Below are positions 10,646 through 22,061 of a stretch of DNA of 64,000 nucleotides, piece by piece. A program made the translations under genes and the position numbers. Position 1 is the first letter of the stretch, and each line of letters starts with the position of its first letter. The DNA is from Planctomycetota bacterium (GTDB lineage: Bacteria > Planctomycetota > PLA2 > JAEUHO01), in the NCBI GenBank assembly GCA_964228555.1, contig CAXQZU010000030.1, positions 61,649 through 125,648 of the forward strand. The letters are read 5' to 3'. The notes beneath the pieces were generated by a model. The model saw nothing but the letters and a program-made list of their open reading frames with translations. It was not told the origin of the DNA and did not search any database.

Positions 10646-11539
10646 TCAGCGGCCCGCGGCCTCGCGGATGCGCGCCGCCAGCGAGGCCGCCAAGGGCACG
10701 TCGGCGGCCTGTTCCAGCAAGGGCAGCGCCGGCGGGCCCAGCGCCACCACGGCCTCGGCGGCGGCGCGGACCATGTCGGGGTCGGCGTGAGCCAGCAGGG
10801 CGCGCAGGGCAGGCCAGGCCCGCAGGGCCCCTGCGCCCTGCAGGCGCAGCACCTCCAGCAAGGGGAGTCCTGCCTCCGGAGCGAGGCCGGGGAGCGCCTC
10901 GGCGATGGGCGCCACGGCGGCGGCTCCCATGCGCTCCAGCGCCCGCACGCTGGCCAGGCGCCGTGCGAGCGAGTCGCTGCGGGCTGCTGCCACCAGCGCG
11001 GGCGCGGCGGGTTCCGCCACGGGCCCCAAGGCCGCCAGCGAGGCCGCGCAGGCGAGGGCCAGCCGCTCGTCCCCGGCGGCCAGGCCCTCGGCCAGCGCCG
11101 ATGCGGAGAGGGCCCCGCGAGCCTCCACCGCGACGGCGGCTGCGCGCGCCGTGCCGCGCTCGGCGGCCGCCAGTGCGCGCACCAAGGCGTGCTCGGCGGC
11201 GACCTCCAGGCGGAAGGGCCGGCGCCCGGCCACGAGCACGGCGGCATGCCGTACCCCCGCGTCCGGGTCCAGCAGGCCCCGCGCCAGCCAGGGCGCGAGG
11301 GCGGCGTCCTCGCCCAGCAACTCGCCCAGCGCCAGCAGCGCCCCGGCCCGCACGGTTGCGTCACCACTGGCGGCCGCGGACAGCCACGCGTCGGTGCCCA
11401 GGCCGCGCACCTGCCGTGGGAGGCTGGGCGGCACCTTGCCCGTGGGCAACGGCGGTGCCTCGGGCACGCCCTCGCCACAGCCGGCCAGCAGCGGGGCGGC
11501 CAGCAGCCAGCCTAGCGGGACCAGCCAGGCCCGCCTCAC
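10646..11539 (-). CDS. HEAT-repeat lipoprotein
   Basis: GTG start with GGAGG 7 nt upstream, overlapping the cytochrome stop (GTGA). Signal peptide plus lipobox LLAGCGEG. HEAT-like repeats follow, e.g. DAGVRHAAV and DPDMVRAAAEAV. Confidence 0.7.
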   Translation of the reverse strand: MRRAWLVPLGWLLAAPLLAGCGEGVPEAPPLPTGKVPPSLPRQVRGLGTDAWLSAAASGDATVRAGALLALGELLGEDAALAPWLARGLLDPDAGVRHAAVLVAGRRPFRLEVAAEHALVRALAAAERGTARAAAVAVEARGALSASALAEGLAAGDERLALACAASLAALGPVAEPAAPALVAAARSDSLARRLASVRALERMGAAAVAPIAEALPGLAPEAGLPLLEVLRLQGAGALRAWPALRALLAHADPDMVRAAAEAVVALGPPALPLLEQAADVPLAASLAARIREAAGR

Positions 11540-13785
11540 CGCACCACCTCCAGCCACAGCTGCTCGGCGGGCTCGTCGTAGGGGCGCGGCACCCACGCGA
11601 GGTGCGCCGGGCCGGCTCCCATCTCGCCGCGGCGGTGCACGACGCGCACCACCACCTCGACGGGCTCCGTGCCGGAGCCCTCCAGCCCGAACACGCAGCG
11701 CGCCTCGCGCGTGGCGCCCGGCGCAAGGCGCTCGTCCACCACCTCGCCCGCGCGCCAGGGCAGCCACGGGCTGGGCTGTCGCAGCGCGCCGCTCGCCTCG
11801 CCGGCCCCCCGCACGCCCAGCACCAGCCCGCCCGGATTGCGCCAGTCCCCGGCTGCCAGCGCCTGCGCCGGCGGCGGCCCGACCACGGTGAGCGCCCGGT
11901 CGCCGTCCACCTGCGCCAGCCAGCGGCCGCCCTGCCGGGCCCACACGCCCACCAGCACGTGCTTGGTCCAGGTGCCCGTAGGGATGCGATGGCCCGCGCC
12001 GCGGTTGGTGACGCGCACGCGCGCCTCCAGCCGGCCGTCCACCACCTGCTTCTCCACCTGCAGGTCCAGCGCCTCGCGCGCGAAGGCGGCCTCGCTGCCG
12101 CGGAAGCGGTGGCCGTGCACCTGCGCGGGATCGCGGTGCAGGCCGTCCCACGCCAGCTGGTCGATGGCCTTGCCCTCGTCGCTCACCGTGCTGCCGGCGG
12201 GCATGTGGCAATCCTGGCACGATCGAGCCTGCCCGGAGGGCTGCGCCGCTGCCCAGCCACGCCACTCCTCGAAGGTGTCCAGCTTGGGGGCCGCGCCCTC
12301 GCGCCAGCGCCCGCCGCCCTGGTGGCAGCCGGCGCAGTAGTGCGAGCTGGCGTAGGTGGGGTTCCACGAGGCGCCCATGAAGGCGTAGGTCACGTCGGGC
12401 AGCGAGCCGTAGACGCGGTGGATGCCGCCCGGCCGCAGGCCCTCGTCGGGTGCCGGCCGCGCCAGGGCCAGCGCGCCCCACACGCCGCTCTCGCGCAGGT
12501 CCTCGACGTGCGAGACCTTGTGGCACAGGTCGCAGTGCACGGCCGCGCGCCAGCCGCGCGGGCGCCAGCCCCCACCCGCGGTCACGGCCGCCTCTCCGGG
12601 CTGGTGGCAGGCACGGCAGTCGTCGGGCGCCTCGGGCGCCTCGGCCAGCATGCGCGCGTGCTCGAAGGCCACGTGGCCGTTGTCGGCACTGCGCGCATGG
12701 CGACTGCCCTGCCACTGGTCGTACTGCCACTTGTGGCAGGTGCCGCAGGCCATCAGGCTCTCGGGGTCGCTGTCGGGCGCCGGCGGGTGCCAGGCGTAGG
12801 CCAGGCTGTCACCGGCGGGCACGGGCTCGAGCACCAGTTCCACGGCCTCCGCGGCCACGTCGCCGGCGCGCCAGCCGGGCTGCGCATCGTCGGCGAACAG
12901 CACCCGCTCGCCGTTGCGGTGCCCCAGCGCGCCCGCACACAGCACCTGCGCGATGGGCGCGGCGCTGCCGGGGATCCACACCGTGCAGCGCCCCGATCCG
13001 TCGGTCACGGCCTCCGTCGCGGGGTGGCCCTTGAGGCGCACGACCGCGCCTTCCAGCAGGCGTCCGTCGCGGCCCGTGACGCGCACGCGCACGCCGTAGC
13101 GCGCCTGCGCCTCCAGCGGGCGGGGCAGCAGGTGGTTGGCCGGGATCTGGCCCTTGAGGGTGCCGCGCGGCAGGTCCCCCTCGGGTTCCACCGCGCGCGC
13201 ATACGCCTTGGTCCACACGCCCGGCTCGCCGTAGCCGAGGTAGAGCGCCGCGAGGCCGTCGCCCGAGGGGTCGAACACCAGTCGCGCCACGCCGTCGTTG
13301 CCCGAGCGCAGCCGCGCGCCCAGGCACGACCAGCCGATGCGTGCCACCGCGCCCGCCCATGGGCCGGCAGGCTCACCCTGCCGTGCGTCGCTTGCGTGCC
13401 ATGTGCCCTCGGCGAAGGCCAGCCAGCCGCCGCCCCCCACCTGCCGGTCCACGCCGCGGATGCCCAGCGTGACGCGCCCCGACGCGGGCCGCACACGCAC
13501 CTCCATGCGGTAGGACTCGTGCCCCAGCACGAAGTGCCGTGTCAGCAGCGGACCCGGCCCGGGCGGATCGGGGAAGGACGCCCACGGCAGGCCCCGGCGC
13601 TCCAGCTCGCCCGCCCACTGGGCCACCTGTTCCGGGGCCGCCTCGGCGCGGCGTTCCTCGCGCTCGAGAGGCGCCGAAGGGCCGCATCCGGTTGCCAGCC
13701 CCCAGGCCAAGGACACACCCAGGCACCCGAGCAAGGCACCCCGTGCCAGCGCCGGCACATCGGCTCGTCGCGGGGTGGATGACAC
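11536..13785 (-). CDS. Multiheme cytochrome c lipoprotein (5 CxxCH) with a CarbopepD_reg-like beta-sandwich domain
   Basis: Lipobox LATGCG. Five heme-binding motifs: CGTCHK, CRACHQ, CDLCHK, CAGCHQ and CQDCHM. A transthyretin/CarbopepD_reg-like segment (VRVTGRDGRLLEGAVVRLKGH...TDGSGRCTVW) is also present. Confidence 0.85.
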   Translation of the reverse strand: MSSTPRRADVPALARGALLGCLGVSLAWGLATGCGPSAPLEREERRAEAAPEQVAQWAGELERRGLPWASFPDPPGPGPLLTRHFVLGHESYRMEVRVRPASGRVTLGIRGVDRQVGGGGWLAFAEGTWHASDARQGEPAGPWAGAVARIGWSCLGARLRSGNDGVARLVFDPSGDGLAALYLGYGEPGVWTKAYARAVEPEGDLPRGTLKGQIPANHLLPRPLEAQARYGVRVRVTGRDGRLLEGAVVRLKGHPATEAVTDGSGRCTVWIPGSAAPIAQVLCAGALGHRNGERVLFADDAQPGWRAGDVAAEAVELVLEPVPAGDSLAYAWHPPAPDSDPESLMACGTCHKWQYDQWQGSRHARSADNGHVAFEHARMLAEAPEAPDDCRACHQPGEAAVTAGGGWRPRGWRAAVHCDLCHKVSHVEDLRESGVWGALALARPAPDEGLRPGGIHRVYGSLPDVTYAFMGASWNPTYASSHYCAGCHQGGGRWREGAAPKLDTFEEWRGWAAAQPSGQARSCQDCHMPAGSTVSDEGKAIDQLAWDGLHRDPAQVHGHRFRGSEAAFAREALDLQVEKQVVDGRLEARVRVTNRGAGHRIPTGTWTKHVLVGVWARQGGRWLAQVDGDRALTVVGPPPAQALAAGDWRNPGGLVLGVRGAGEASGALRQPSPWLPWRAGEVVDERLAPGATREARCVFGLEGSGTEPVEVVVRVVHRRGEMGAGPAHLAWVPRPYDEPAEQLWLEVVR

Positions 13786-13859
13786 GGGCCGAGCATACCG
13801 CCCGTGGGCCTGCGTCCGGGCCTCCAGCGGACGCGGGGCGGCCTGCGGTGCGCCGCGGC

Positions 13860-13887
13860 TTGACCCTCCCCGGGGTGCCCCTAGAGT
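13860..13887 (+). promoter_or_regulatory. Sigma70-like promoter for tRNA-Leu: TTGACC-N16-TAGAGT
   Basis: -35 TTGACC at 13860-13865 and -10 TAGAGT at 13882-13887. The mature tRNA 5' end lies 18 nt downstream. Confidence 0.5.
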
Positions 13888-13905
13888 GCTGCCTCGTCCC
13901 TTCGT

Positions 13906-13994
13906 GCCGAAGTGGCGGAATTGGCAGACGCACTAGCTTCAGGAGCTAGCGGCTTTAACCGGCCTTCCGGGTTCAAGTCCCGGCTTCGGCACCA
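13906..13994 (+). tRNA. tRNA-Leu (anticodon CAG)
   Basis: Acceptor stem gccgaag/cttcggc, D-arm, anticodon stem ctagc/gctag with loop ttCAGga, long variable arm, T-arm ggttcaagtcc, and an encoded CCA. Its 89-nt length is typical of class II tRNA. Confidence 0.85.
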
Positions 13995-14029
13995 CTCCTC
14001 CCTCGCCTGCCTCGCGAGGCCGGAACAAC

Positions 14030-15484
14030 CTAGCGCGCCTCTCCGGGCACCCCCGGGGGCAGCGTGGCCCGCGCGATGCGCTCCCGCAAGGCAGCGGCCG
14101 GCGAGGGGGCGCCGCCCAAGGCCACCACCGCGCGACCATCCACCATGAGCCCCAGCGCAGCGTAGAGGTCGGCCGATGCCGGGAAGCCCTCGCCGGCCAG
14201 GGTGGCACGCACTGGACCCACGAGCCCCCCCACGCCCAGCGCCCGCTCGGTCTCGGCCAGCAAGTCCAGCGCGCGCCAGCCGCGCCTGGCGCGAAACGCG
14301 GGCGTGGACCACAGCCGTAGCACGTCATCCAGCGCCAGCCGGCCCCGTGTGGCCTGCTGCAGGCTGATGTCCATGCGCAGCGAGAGGGCCGCACCGGACC
14401 AGTACACGCGGTAGTACGCGTGGCGCGCGTGCATGTCGCGGCTGTCCTCGGCCAGCGTGCGGTCGCTGGGCTGCGAGCGCCCGCGCTGGAAGCCCTCCTC
14501 GAGGGCCTGCCACGGGCCGGCGTCGCCAAAGGCACCCGCGCGGGCGCGCAGCACCTCTTGGTAGTAGGTCACGAAGCCCTCGCCCAGCCAGGCGTCCTCG
14601 CCCACGATCCACGGCATCGCGAGGTGCAGCAGCTCGTGCACGAGGATCCACTCCAGCGGCAGGTCGCCGTCGCGCGCCGTGCTGGAGAGGTCCAGCACCA
14701 CGGCCGCGCCACCGCTCTGGTAGGCGTGCCCGAAGTCCACGGGATCGCGGCTGGGGCCGGAGGGCACCACCACCACCTGGGCCCGCGGGATGGGGAAGCG
14801 CCCTCCCCACGGCTGGGCCACGCAGTCCACCGCCGCCGCGAGCCACCTGTCGATGCCGGCGTCGGTGGCCGCCCGGGCTCCCTCCAGCACGGCCAGCGTG
14901 AAGGGCAGGCCGCCCAGCAGGCGCGTGCGCGGCGCGGCGTGCACGAAGGCCACGCGGCTGGGGAAGAGCAGGCCGGTGTCGGGGATGGCCCACGCGCCGT
15001 CCTCCTGCGGAGCCCACGGCACGCTGGCGTGCAGGCCCTCGGGGAGGCGCAGGCGGCAACGCGCCCGCTCGCGCTCGGTGAAACGCGCCGGGACCAGCAG
15101 CCACGTGCCTGGGTCGGTGAGCAGGTCGCGGCCGTGGCGCGAGGCCAGTCGCGCCCGCACCAGCGCCTCCACGTCCACGCGGTAGGCGAAGCAGGCGCGC
15201 GGCCCGCAGGTGCCGGGCACGAAGGCGTCACCTTCCAGGGCCAGCGGGCACAGGCCCTCGCCCGCCAGCGGTGCCAGCGCAGGCAAGGCGGCCGGGCGTG
15301 GCAGGCGCAGGAGGCGGGGCGCGAAGCCCTCGAAGCACAGCCGCACGTCCAGTCGCGAGAGGCCGGCGTCGGCGCTCACCTCCCAGGTCCAGCCGGGGGG
15401 AAGGGCTGCCTCGCCGCGGGTGGCCGGCGCCATGGCCACGCACGCCAGCACGAGGAGCCAGCCTCGGAGGGCGCTGAGCAGCAT
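14030..15484 (-). CDS. Secreted MA-clan gluzincin peptidase (M1-like HExxH...E motif)
   Basis: Signal peptide MLLSALRGWLLVLACVAMA. The motif VHELLHLAMPWIVGEDAWLGEGFVTYY matches HEXXH plus the WLNEGFATY-like glutamate motif of M1 aminopeptidases. At 484 aa it is shorter than a canonical M1. Confidence 0.7.
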   Translation of the reverse strand: MLLSALRGWLLVLACVAMAPATRGEAALPPGWTWEVSADAGLSRLDVRLCFEGFAPRLLRLPRPAALPALAPLAGEGLCPLALEGDAFVPGTCGPRACFAYRVDVEALVRARLASRHGRDLLTDPGTWLLVPARFTERERARCRLRLPEGLHASVPWAPQEDGAWAIPDTGLLFPSRVAFVHAAPRTRLLGGLPFTLAVLEGARAATDAGIDRWLAAAVDCVAQPWGGRFPIPRAQVVVVPSGPSRDPVDFGHAYQSGGAAVVLDLSSTARDGDLPLEWILVHELLHLAMPWIVGEDAWLGEGFVTYYQEVLRARAGAFGDAGPWQALEEGFQRGRSQPSDRTLAEDSRDMHARHAYYRVYWSGAALSLRMDISLQQATRGRLALDDVLRLWSTPAFRARRGWRALDLLAETERALGVGGLVGPVRATLAGEGFPASADLYAALGLMVDGRAVVALGGAPSPAAALRERIARATLPPGVPGEAR

Positions 15485-15594
15485 CGCGGCAGTCTAGGCG
15501 GCTGGCCTCCACGGGGCCCTGTGCCGCGGGAGGCGCGCCCCGTGCTGCCGCGGGTATCGTCCGCAGAGGCCGCTGTCGGCCCAGGAGACGCCCC

Positions 15595-16779
15595 GTGCGC
15601 AACGCCCTGATCGTGGCTGCCGCCCTCGCCCTCGCCCCGCTGGGCGCCCTGAAGGTGGAGGCGGCCGAGCCGATCCCAGCCGACGCGGCCGCGCCCGTGA
15701 CCCTGCCCTCGGGGCTGGTCTACAGCGTGCTCGCGCCGGGCCGTGCCGGTCCCTCCCCCAAGGACGGCGACCCGGTGACCGTGCACTACACCGGCTGGCT
15801 CACCGATGGCACGGTGTTCGACTCCTCGCGTACGCGCGGCGCGCCGGCACGCTTCGCCGTGGGCGACCTGATCCCCGGCTGGAACGAGGCGCTCACCCTC
15901 ATGACGCCCGGTGCCCGCTGGAAGATCACGATCCCGCCGCGACTGGCCTACGGGGTCGAGGGACGCCCGGGCGCCATCCCGCCCAACAGCACGCTGATCT
16001 TCGACCTCGAGCTGATCGCCTTCAGCACCCGGCCCGTGTTCAGCGCGGGCAACCCCGAGCGGCAGTCCACGACCTCCAGCGGCCTCGTCGTGCAGCCCCT
16101 GCAGGAAGGCAGCGGCGACCTGCCCCAGAGCACCGACATCGTGGAGCTGGACTACGCGCTGTGGACCGAGAAGGGTCAGCTGCTGGACGCCAGCAGCAAC
16201 CCCAACGGCCAGCCCATCAAGATGGCGGTCAAGGACCTGCCGCTGGCCGTGCTGCGCGAGGGCGCGGCCCTGCTGCGCGTGGGCGGCCGCGTGTGGCTCA
16301 AGGCGCCGCCCGCCCTGGCTTTCGGGGACAAGGCGCAAGGCAGCGCCCTGCCGGCCGGCTCCGTGACGATCTGGGAACTGTCGCTGCGCAGCATCGGCAA
16401 GCCCCTGCCGCTGCCGGCCTTCGCCAAGACCGCCGAGGGCGCCGGCCTCAAGCTGCCCAGCGGCTTGCTGGTGGAGACGCTGCGCGAGGGCACCGGGGCG
16501 ACGCCGAGGCTGGGCGACACGGTCACCGTGCACTACGCCGGCTGGCTCGTGGACGGCACGCTGTTCGACGCGTCCTTCTCGCGCGGCGAGCCCACCTCCT
16601 TCCAGCTGGGCCGCGTCATCCAGGGCTGGAACGAGGGGCTGGCGCGCATGAAGGAGGGTGGCATCGCCCGCCTGACGATCCCCGGCCCGCTGGCCTACGG
16701 ACCCGCCGGCGCGCCGCCCAAGATCGGCCCCAACGCCACGCTCATCTTCTACGTCGAGCTGATCAAGGTCGGCGGCTAG
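15595..16779 (+). CDS. Secreted FKBP-type peptidyl-prolyl isomerase with three tandem FKBP domains
   Basis: Signal peptide present. Three repeats of the V.VHYTGWL.DGT.FDSS..RG.P..F.(G)..I.GW.E.L..M..G.........AYG motif. Confidence 0.85.
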   Translation: MRNALIVAAALALAPLGALKVEAAEPIPADAAAPVTLPSGLVYSVLAPGRAGPSPKDGDPVTVHYTGWLTDGTVFDSSRTRGAPARFAVGDLIPGWNEALTLMTPGARWKITIPPRLAYGVEGRPGAIPPNSTLIFDLELIAFSTRPVFSAGNPERQSTTSSGLVVQPLQEGSGDLPQSTDIVELDYALWTEKGQLLDASSNPNGQPIKMAVKDLPLAVLREGAALLRVGGRVWLKAPPALAFGDKAQGSALPAGSVTIWELSLRSIGKPLPLPAFAKTAEGAGLKLPSGLLVETLREGTGATPRLGDTVTVHYAGWLVDGTLFDASFSRGEPTSFQLGRVIQGWNEGLARMKEGGIARLTIPGPLAYGPAGAPPKIGPNATLIFYVELIKVGG

Positions 16780-16801
16780 CCACGCGGGGGCCGCGCGACC
16801 C

Positions 16802-17806
16802 ATGATCGAGGTCCGCGGCCTCGCCAAGACCTTCCGGGTCGCCGTCAAGGAGCCGGGCCTCAAGGGCTCGCTCAAGGCGCTGGTGCGCCGCCGCAGCGTG
16901 GCCCGCCACGCCGTGCTGCCCACCACCTTCCGCGTGGAGGAAGGCGAGATCGTGGGGCTGGTGGGCCCCAACGGCGCGGGCAAGACCACGCTGGTGAAGA
17001 TGCTGGCGGGCATCGTGCACCCCAGCGCGGGCGACGCCAGCGTGCTGGGCTACCGCCCCTGGGAGCGCAAGGACGCCTTCCGGCGCCAGATCGCGCTGCT
17101 GATGGGCCAGAAGGCGCAGCTGTGGTGGGACCTCCCCGCCAGCGACGGCTTCGCGCTGCTGCGCGACATCTACGGCGTGCCGCGTGCCCTGCATGCAGCG
17201 CGCCTCGACGAGCTCAGCAGCCTGCTGGAGGTGGGCGGCCTGCTGGACACCCCCGTGCGCCGCCTCTCGCTGGGCGAGCGCATGAAGATGGAGCTGGTCG
17301 CCGCGCTGCTGCACGGGCCGAAGGTGGTGTTCCTCGACGAGCCCACCATCGGGCTGGACCTCTCCGCCCAGCGCGCCGTGCGCGAGTTCCTGCTGCGCTA
17401 CCGCGAGCGCCACCGCCCGGCGATGGTGCTCACCAGCCACTACATGGAGGACATCGAGCGCCTCTGCTCGCGCCTGCTGCTGCTGCGCGAGGGCCAGCTG
17501 ATCTACGACGGCCCGCTGGCGCGCGTGGCCGAGCAGGCCGGCGACCTCAAGGTGGTGCGCGCGCACCTCAAGCCCGAGGGGGTGCCTGCGCCCGAGGCGC
17601 TCCGGGCCCTGCTGGCCCCGCTGGGCGAGGTGCTGGAGGGCGGCCCGGCGCAGGTGGCGGTGCGCGTGCCGCGCACGCGGGTGGCCGAGGTGGCCTCGCG
17701 GCTGCTGCAGGTGCTGCCCGTGGCCGACCTCGCCATCGAGGCCGAGGAGATCGGCACGCTCATCGAGCGCCTGCTGGCCCGGCGCCAGGAGGGCGCCGCG
17801 CCGTGA
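16802..17806 (+). CDS. ABC transporter ATP-binding protein (ABC-2 subfamily)
   Basis: Walker A GPNGAGKTT, signature LSLGERMK, Walker B VVFLDEPT, and the H-loop. Confidence 0.9.
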   Translation: MIEVRGLAKTFRVAVKEPGLKGSLKALVRRRSVARHAVLPTTFRVEEGEIVGLVGPNGAGKTTLVKMLAGIVHPSAGDASVLGYRPWERKDAFRRQIALLMGQKAQLWWDLPASDGFALLRDIYGVPRALHAARLDELSSLLEVGGLLDTPVRRLSLGERMKMELVAALLHGPKVVFLDEPTIGLDLSAQRAVREFLLRYRERHRPAMVLTSHYMEDIERLCSRLLLLREGQLIYDGPLARVAEQAGDLKVVRAHLKPEGVPAPEALRALLAPLGEVLEGGPAQVAVRVPRTRVAEVASRLLQVLPVADLAIEAEEIGTLIERLLARRQEGAAP

Positions 17807-18615
17807 GGCCTGCGCTGTTCCTGCACGTGGCCAGCATGAGCGCGCGCCGCTCGCTGTCCTACCGCGCCGACTTCTGGATCCAGGCGGTGCTCACCTTCGC
17901 GGCGGAGCTGGGCCTGGCCTGGTTCCTGTGGGCTGGCATGCTGGCGGCCTCCGGGGCCCCCACGCTGGGCGGCATGGGCTTCGAGGAGCTGGTGCGCTAC
18001 GCCGTGCTGGTGGCCCTCGTGGGCAAGGTGGTGCGCGGCACCGAGCTGGAAGGCGCCATCGCGCAGGAGATCTACGAGGGCGGGCTCTCGCGCTACCGCG
18101 TCTACCCGGTCTCGTTCTTCGCCTTCAAGTACGCGCAGCACCTGGGCTCGCTGCTGCCCAGCGTGGCGCAGCTGCTGGTGTTCGGCGCGGCGTGGGTGCT
18201 GCTGCGCGGCGAGGCGGGGCTCGAGGGCATCACGCCGGCCACGGCGGCCGGCTGCGTGCTCGCGCTGGCCGTGGGCAACCTGCTGCAGTTCACGCTGGCG
18301 TGGCCCATCCAGGGGGTGGCCTTCTGGGCCGAGAACGTCTGGAGCCTGATGGTGGCCCTGCGCTTCGTGGGCAGCCTGCTGGGCGGGGCGCTGCTGCCGC
18401 TGGGCGTGTGGCCCGAGGCCCTGCGGCCCGTGCTGGAGGCCCTGCCCTTCCGCTACCTCTACGCCTTCCCGGTGGAGGTGCTCACGGGGCACGTGGGCGG
18501 CGCCGCGCTGGTGCAGGGCCTCTGCGTGGCGCTGGGCTGGACGGCCCTGCTGGGCTGGGCCGGCGCCGCGGTGTGGCGGCGTGGCGACCGCATCTACTCG
18601 GGCGCGGGGATGTGA
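17803..18615 (+). CDS. ABC-2 family transporter permease
   Basis: GTG start overlaps the ATPase stop (GTGA). It is a 6-TM hydrophobic protein, COG4587-like. Confidence 0.7.
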   Translation: MRPALFLHVASMSARRSLSYRADFWIQAVLTFAAELGLAWFLWAGMLAASGAPTLGGMGFEELVRYAVLVALVGKVVRGTELEGAIAQEIYEGGLSRYRVYPVSFFAFKYAQHLGSLLPSVAQLLVFGAAWVLLRGEAGLEGITPATAAGCVLALAVGNLLQFTLAWPIQGVAFWAENVWSLMVALRFVGSLLGGALLPLGVWPEALRPVLEALPFRYLYAFPVEVLTGHVGGAALVQGLCVALGWTALLGWAGAAVWRRGDRIYSGAGM

Positions 18616-19403
18616 TGCGCCGCTACCTGTCGCTCTACGCGGCGTGCATCCGCTTCTCGACGCTGCGCGCGCTCGAGTTCCGGCTGGACTTCTTCTTCCG
18701 CGTGCTGATGGACACGCTCTGGTACGCGATGCACCTGGCCTTCTTCGCCCTGCTCTACCGCCACACAGCCCTGCTGGGCGGCTGGGACGAGGCGCAGGTG
18801 CGCATCTTCGCCGCCAGCCTCTTCGTGCTGGACGCCCTGCACATGACCTTCTTCAGCAACAACCTGTGGTGGTTCCCCACCTTCGTCAACCGCGGCGACC
18901 TCGACTACCACCTCGTGCGGCCCGTGAGCAGCCTCTTCTTCCTCTCCGTGCGCGACGTGGCCATGAACTCGGCCCTCAACCTGCTGATGGCGCTGGGGAT
19001 CCTGGCCTGGGCCGTGGCCGGCAGCCCGCAGGCCTTCCCGGCCGCGCAGGCCGCCGCCTACGTGCTGGCGCTGGCGCTGGGCGCGTTGCTGCACTACGCG
19101 CTGATGATGCTGTTCCTGGTGCCGGTGTTCTGGCTCACCGGCAGCAGCGGGCTGCGCGACATGTACTGGGTGCTGGACCGCTTCGTGGGCCGGCCCGACG
19201 GGTTGTGGACCGGCTGGGTGCGGCGCCTGCTCACCACCGTGCTGCCGCTGGCCCTGGTGGTCTCCTGGCCCGTACGCGTGCTGGTGGAGCCCGAGCCGTG
19301 GCCGTGGCTGCTGGAGCTGGCCGCGGCCACGGGCGGCGCCCTGCTGGTGCTGGCCCTCGCCTGGCGCGCGGGCCTGCGCGCCTACGGCTCGGCCTCCAGC
19401 TGA
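18615..19403 (+). CDS. ABC-2 family transporter permease (second subunit)
   Basis: ATG overlaps the upstream stop (TGATG). It is a polytopic membrane protein, COG3694-like. Confidence 0.7.
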   Translation: MRRYLSLYAACIRFSTLRALEFRLDFFFRVLMDTLWYAMHLAFFALLYRHTALLGGWDEAQVRIFAASLFVLDALHMTFFSNNLWWFPTFVNRGDLDYHLVRPVSSLFFLSVRDVAMNSALNLLMALGILAWAVAGSPQAFPAAQAAAYVLALALGALLHYALMMLFLVPVFWLTGSSGLRDMYWVLDRFVGRPDGLWTGWVRRLLTTVLPLALVVSWPVRVLVEPEPWPWLLELAAATGGALLVLALAWRAGLRAYGSASS

Positions 19404-19455
19404 CGCGCAGCGGCCCGCCAGCCGTACCATCCACGCGCCCCTGGCGTGCGCCCCG

Positions 19456-21395
<1,940 letters not shown>

Positions 21396-21399
<4 letters not shown>

Positions 21400-22061
21400 G
21401 GGTGCTCGCCCACCGCGGACTGTGCCTGGCGGCCCCCGAGAACACGCTGGCCGCCTTCGAGGCGGCCGTGCGCGCCGGGGTGGATGGGATCGAGACGGAC
21501 GTGCGGCGCACGGCCGACGGCGTGCTCGTGCTGGTCCATGACCGCCACCTGCCCGACGGCCGCGCGGTGGCGGATGCCACCCTCGCCGAGGTGGCCGCGG
21601 CCCTGCGCCCGGCGCGGGCCTGCACGGTGGACGAGGCGCTGGGGGCCTTCCCGCGGCTGCTGTGGGACCTCGAGCTCAAGGACGGTGCCGCGGGCGTGGA
21701 CCTCGTGCGCCTGCTGCGCGCACGGCACCCCCGCGTCGAGGCCGTGCTGAGCAGCTTCGACCACCGTGCGCTGGCGGCGCTGGACGCGGCACCATGCCGG
21801 CGCGCTGCCTTGCTGGCCCACCGGCCTGCCCGCCTCGCCGAGGAGGCGGCACGACTGCGCACGCAGGGCTTCGACGTGCTGGTGCAGGCCTTCGAGCACC
21901 TCACGGGCGAGCCGCTCGAGGAGGCAGTACGCCAGATGCCGCTGTGGGCCTACGACCCGCAAGGGCCGGCCGAGCACGCGCAGGCGGCCGGCTGGCCGCT
22001 GGAGGCGCTGGTCAGCGACCAGCCGGCGCTGCTGCCTCCAGCGGCTCGCAGCGCGCGTTGA
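21396..22061 (+). CDS. Glycerophosphodiester phosphodiesterase family protein
   Basis: The motif HRG...ENTLAAF..A...G.DGIETDV..T.DGVLVLVHD is the GDPD signature. The GTG start overlaps the ABC-F stop. Its 3' end overlaps the convergent M16 gene by about 50 bp. Confidence 0.75.

Noticed and set aside
13785-14030. tRNA-Leu as a possible integration hotspot or genomic-island boundary
   Set aside because: There is no integrase, no direct repeat of the tRNA 3' end, and no compositional shift. The flanking genes (cytochrome, peptidase) have host-typical GC and codon bias. Track ORF 13912..14148 overlapping the tRNA is an artefact.
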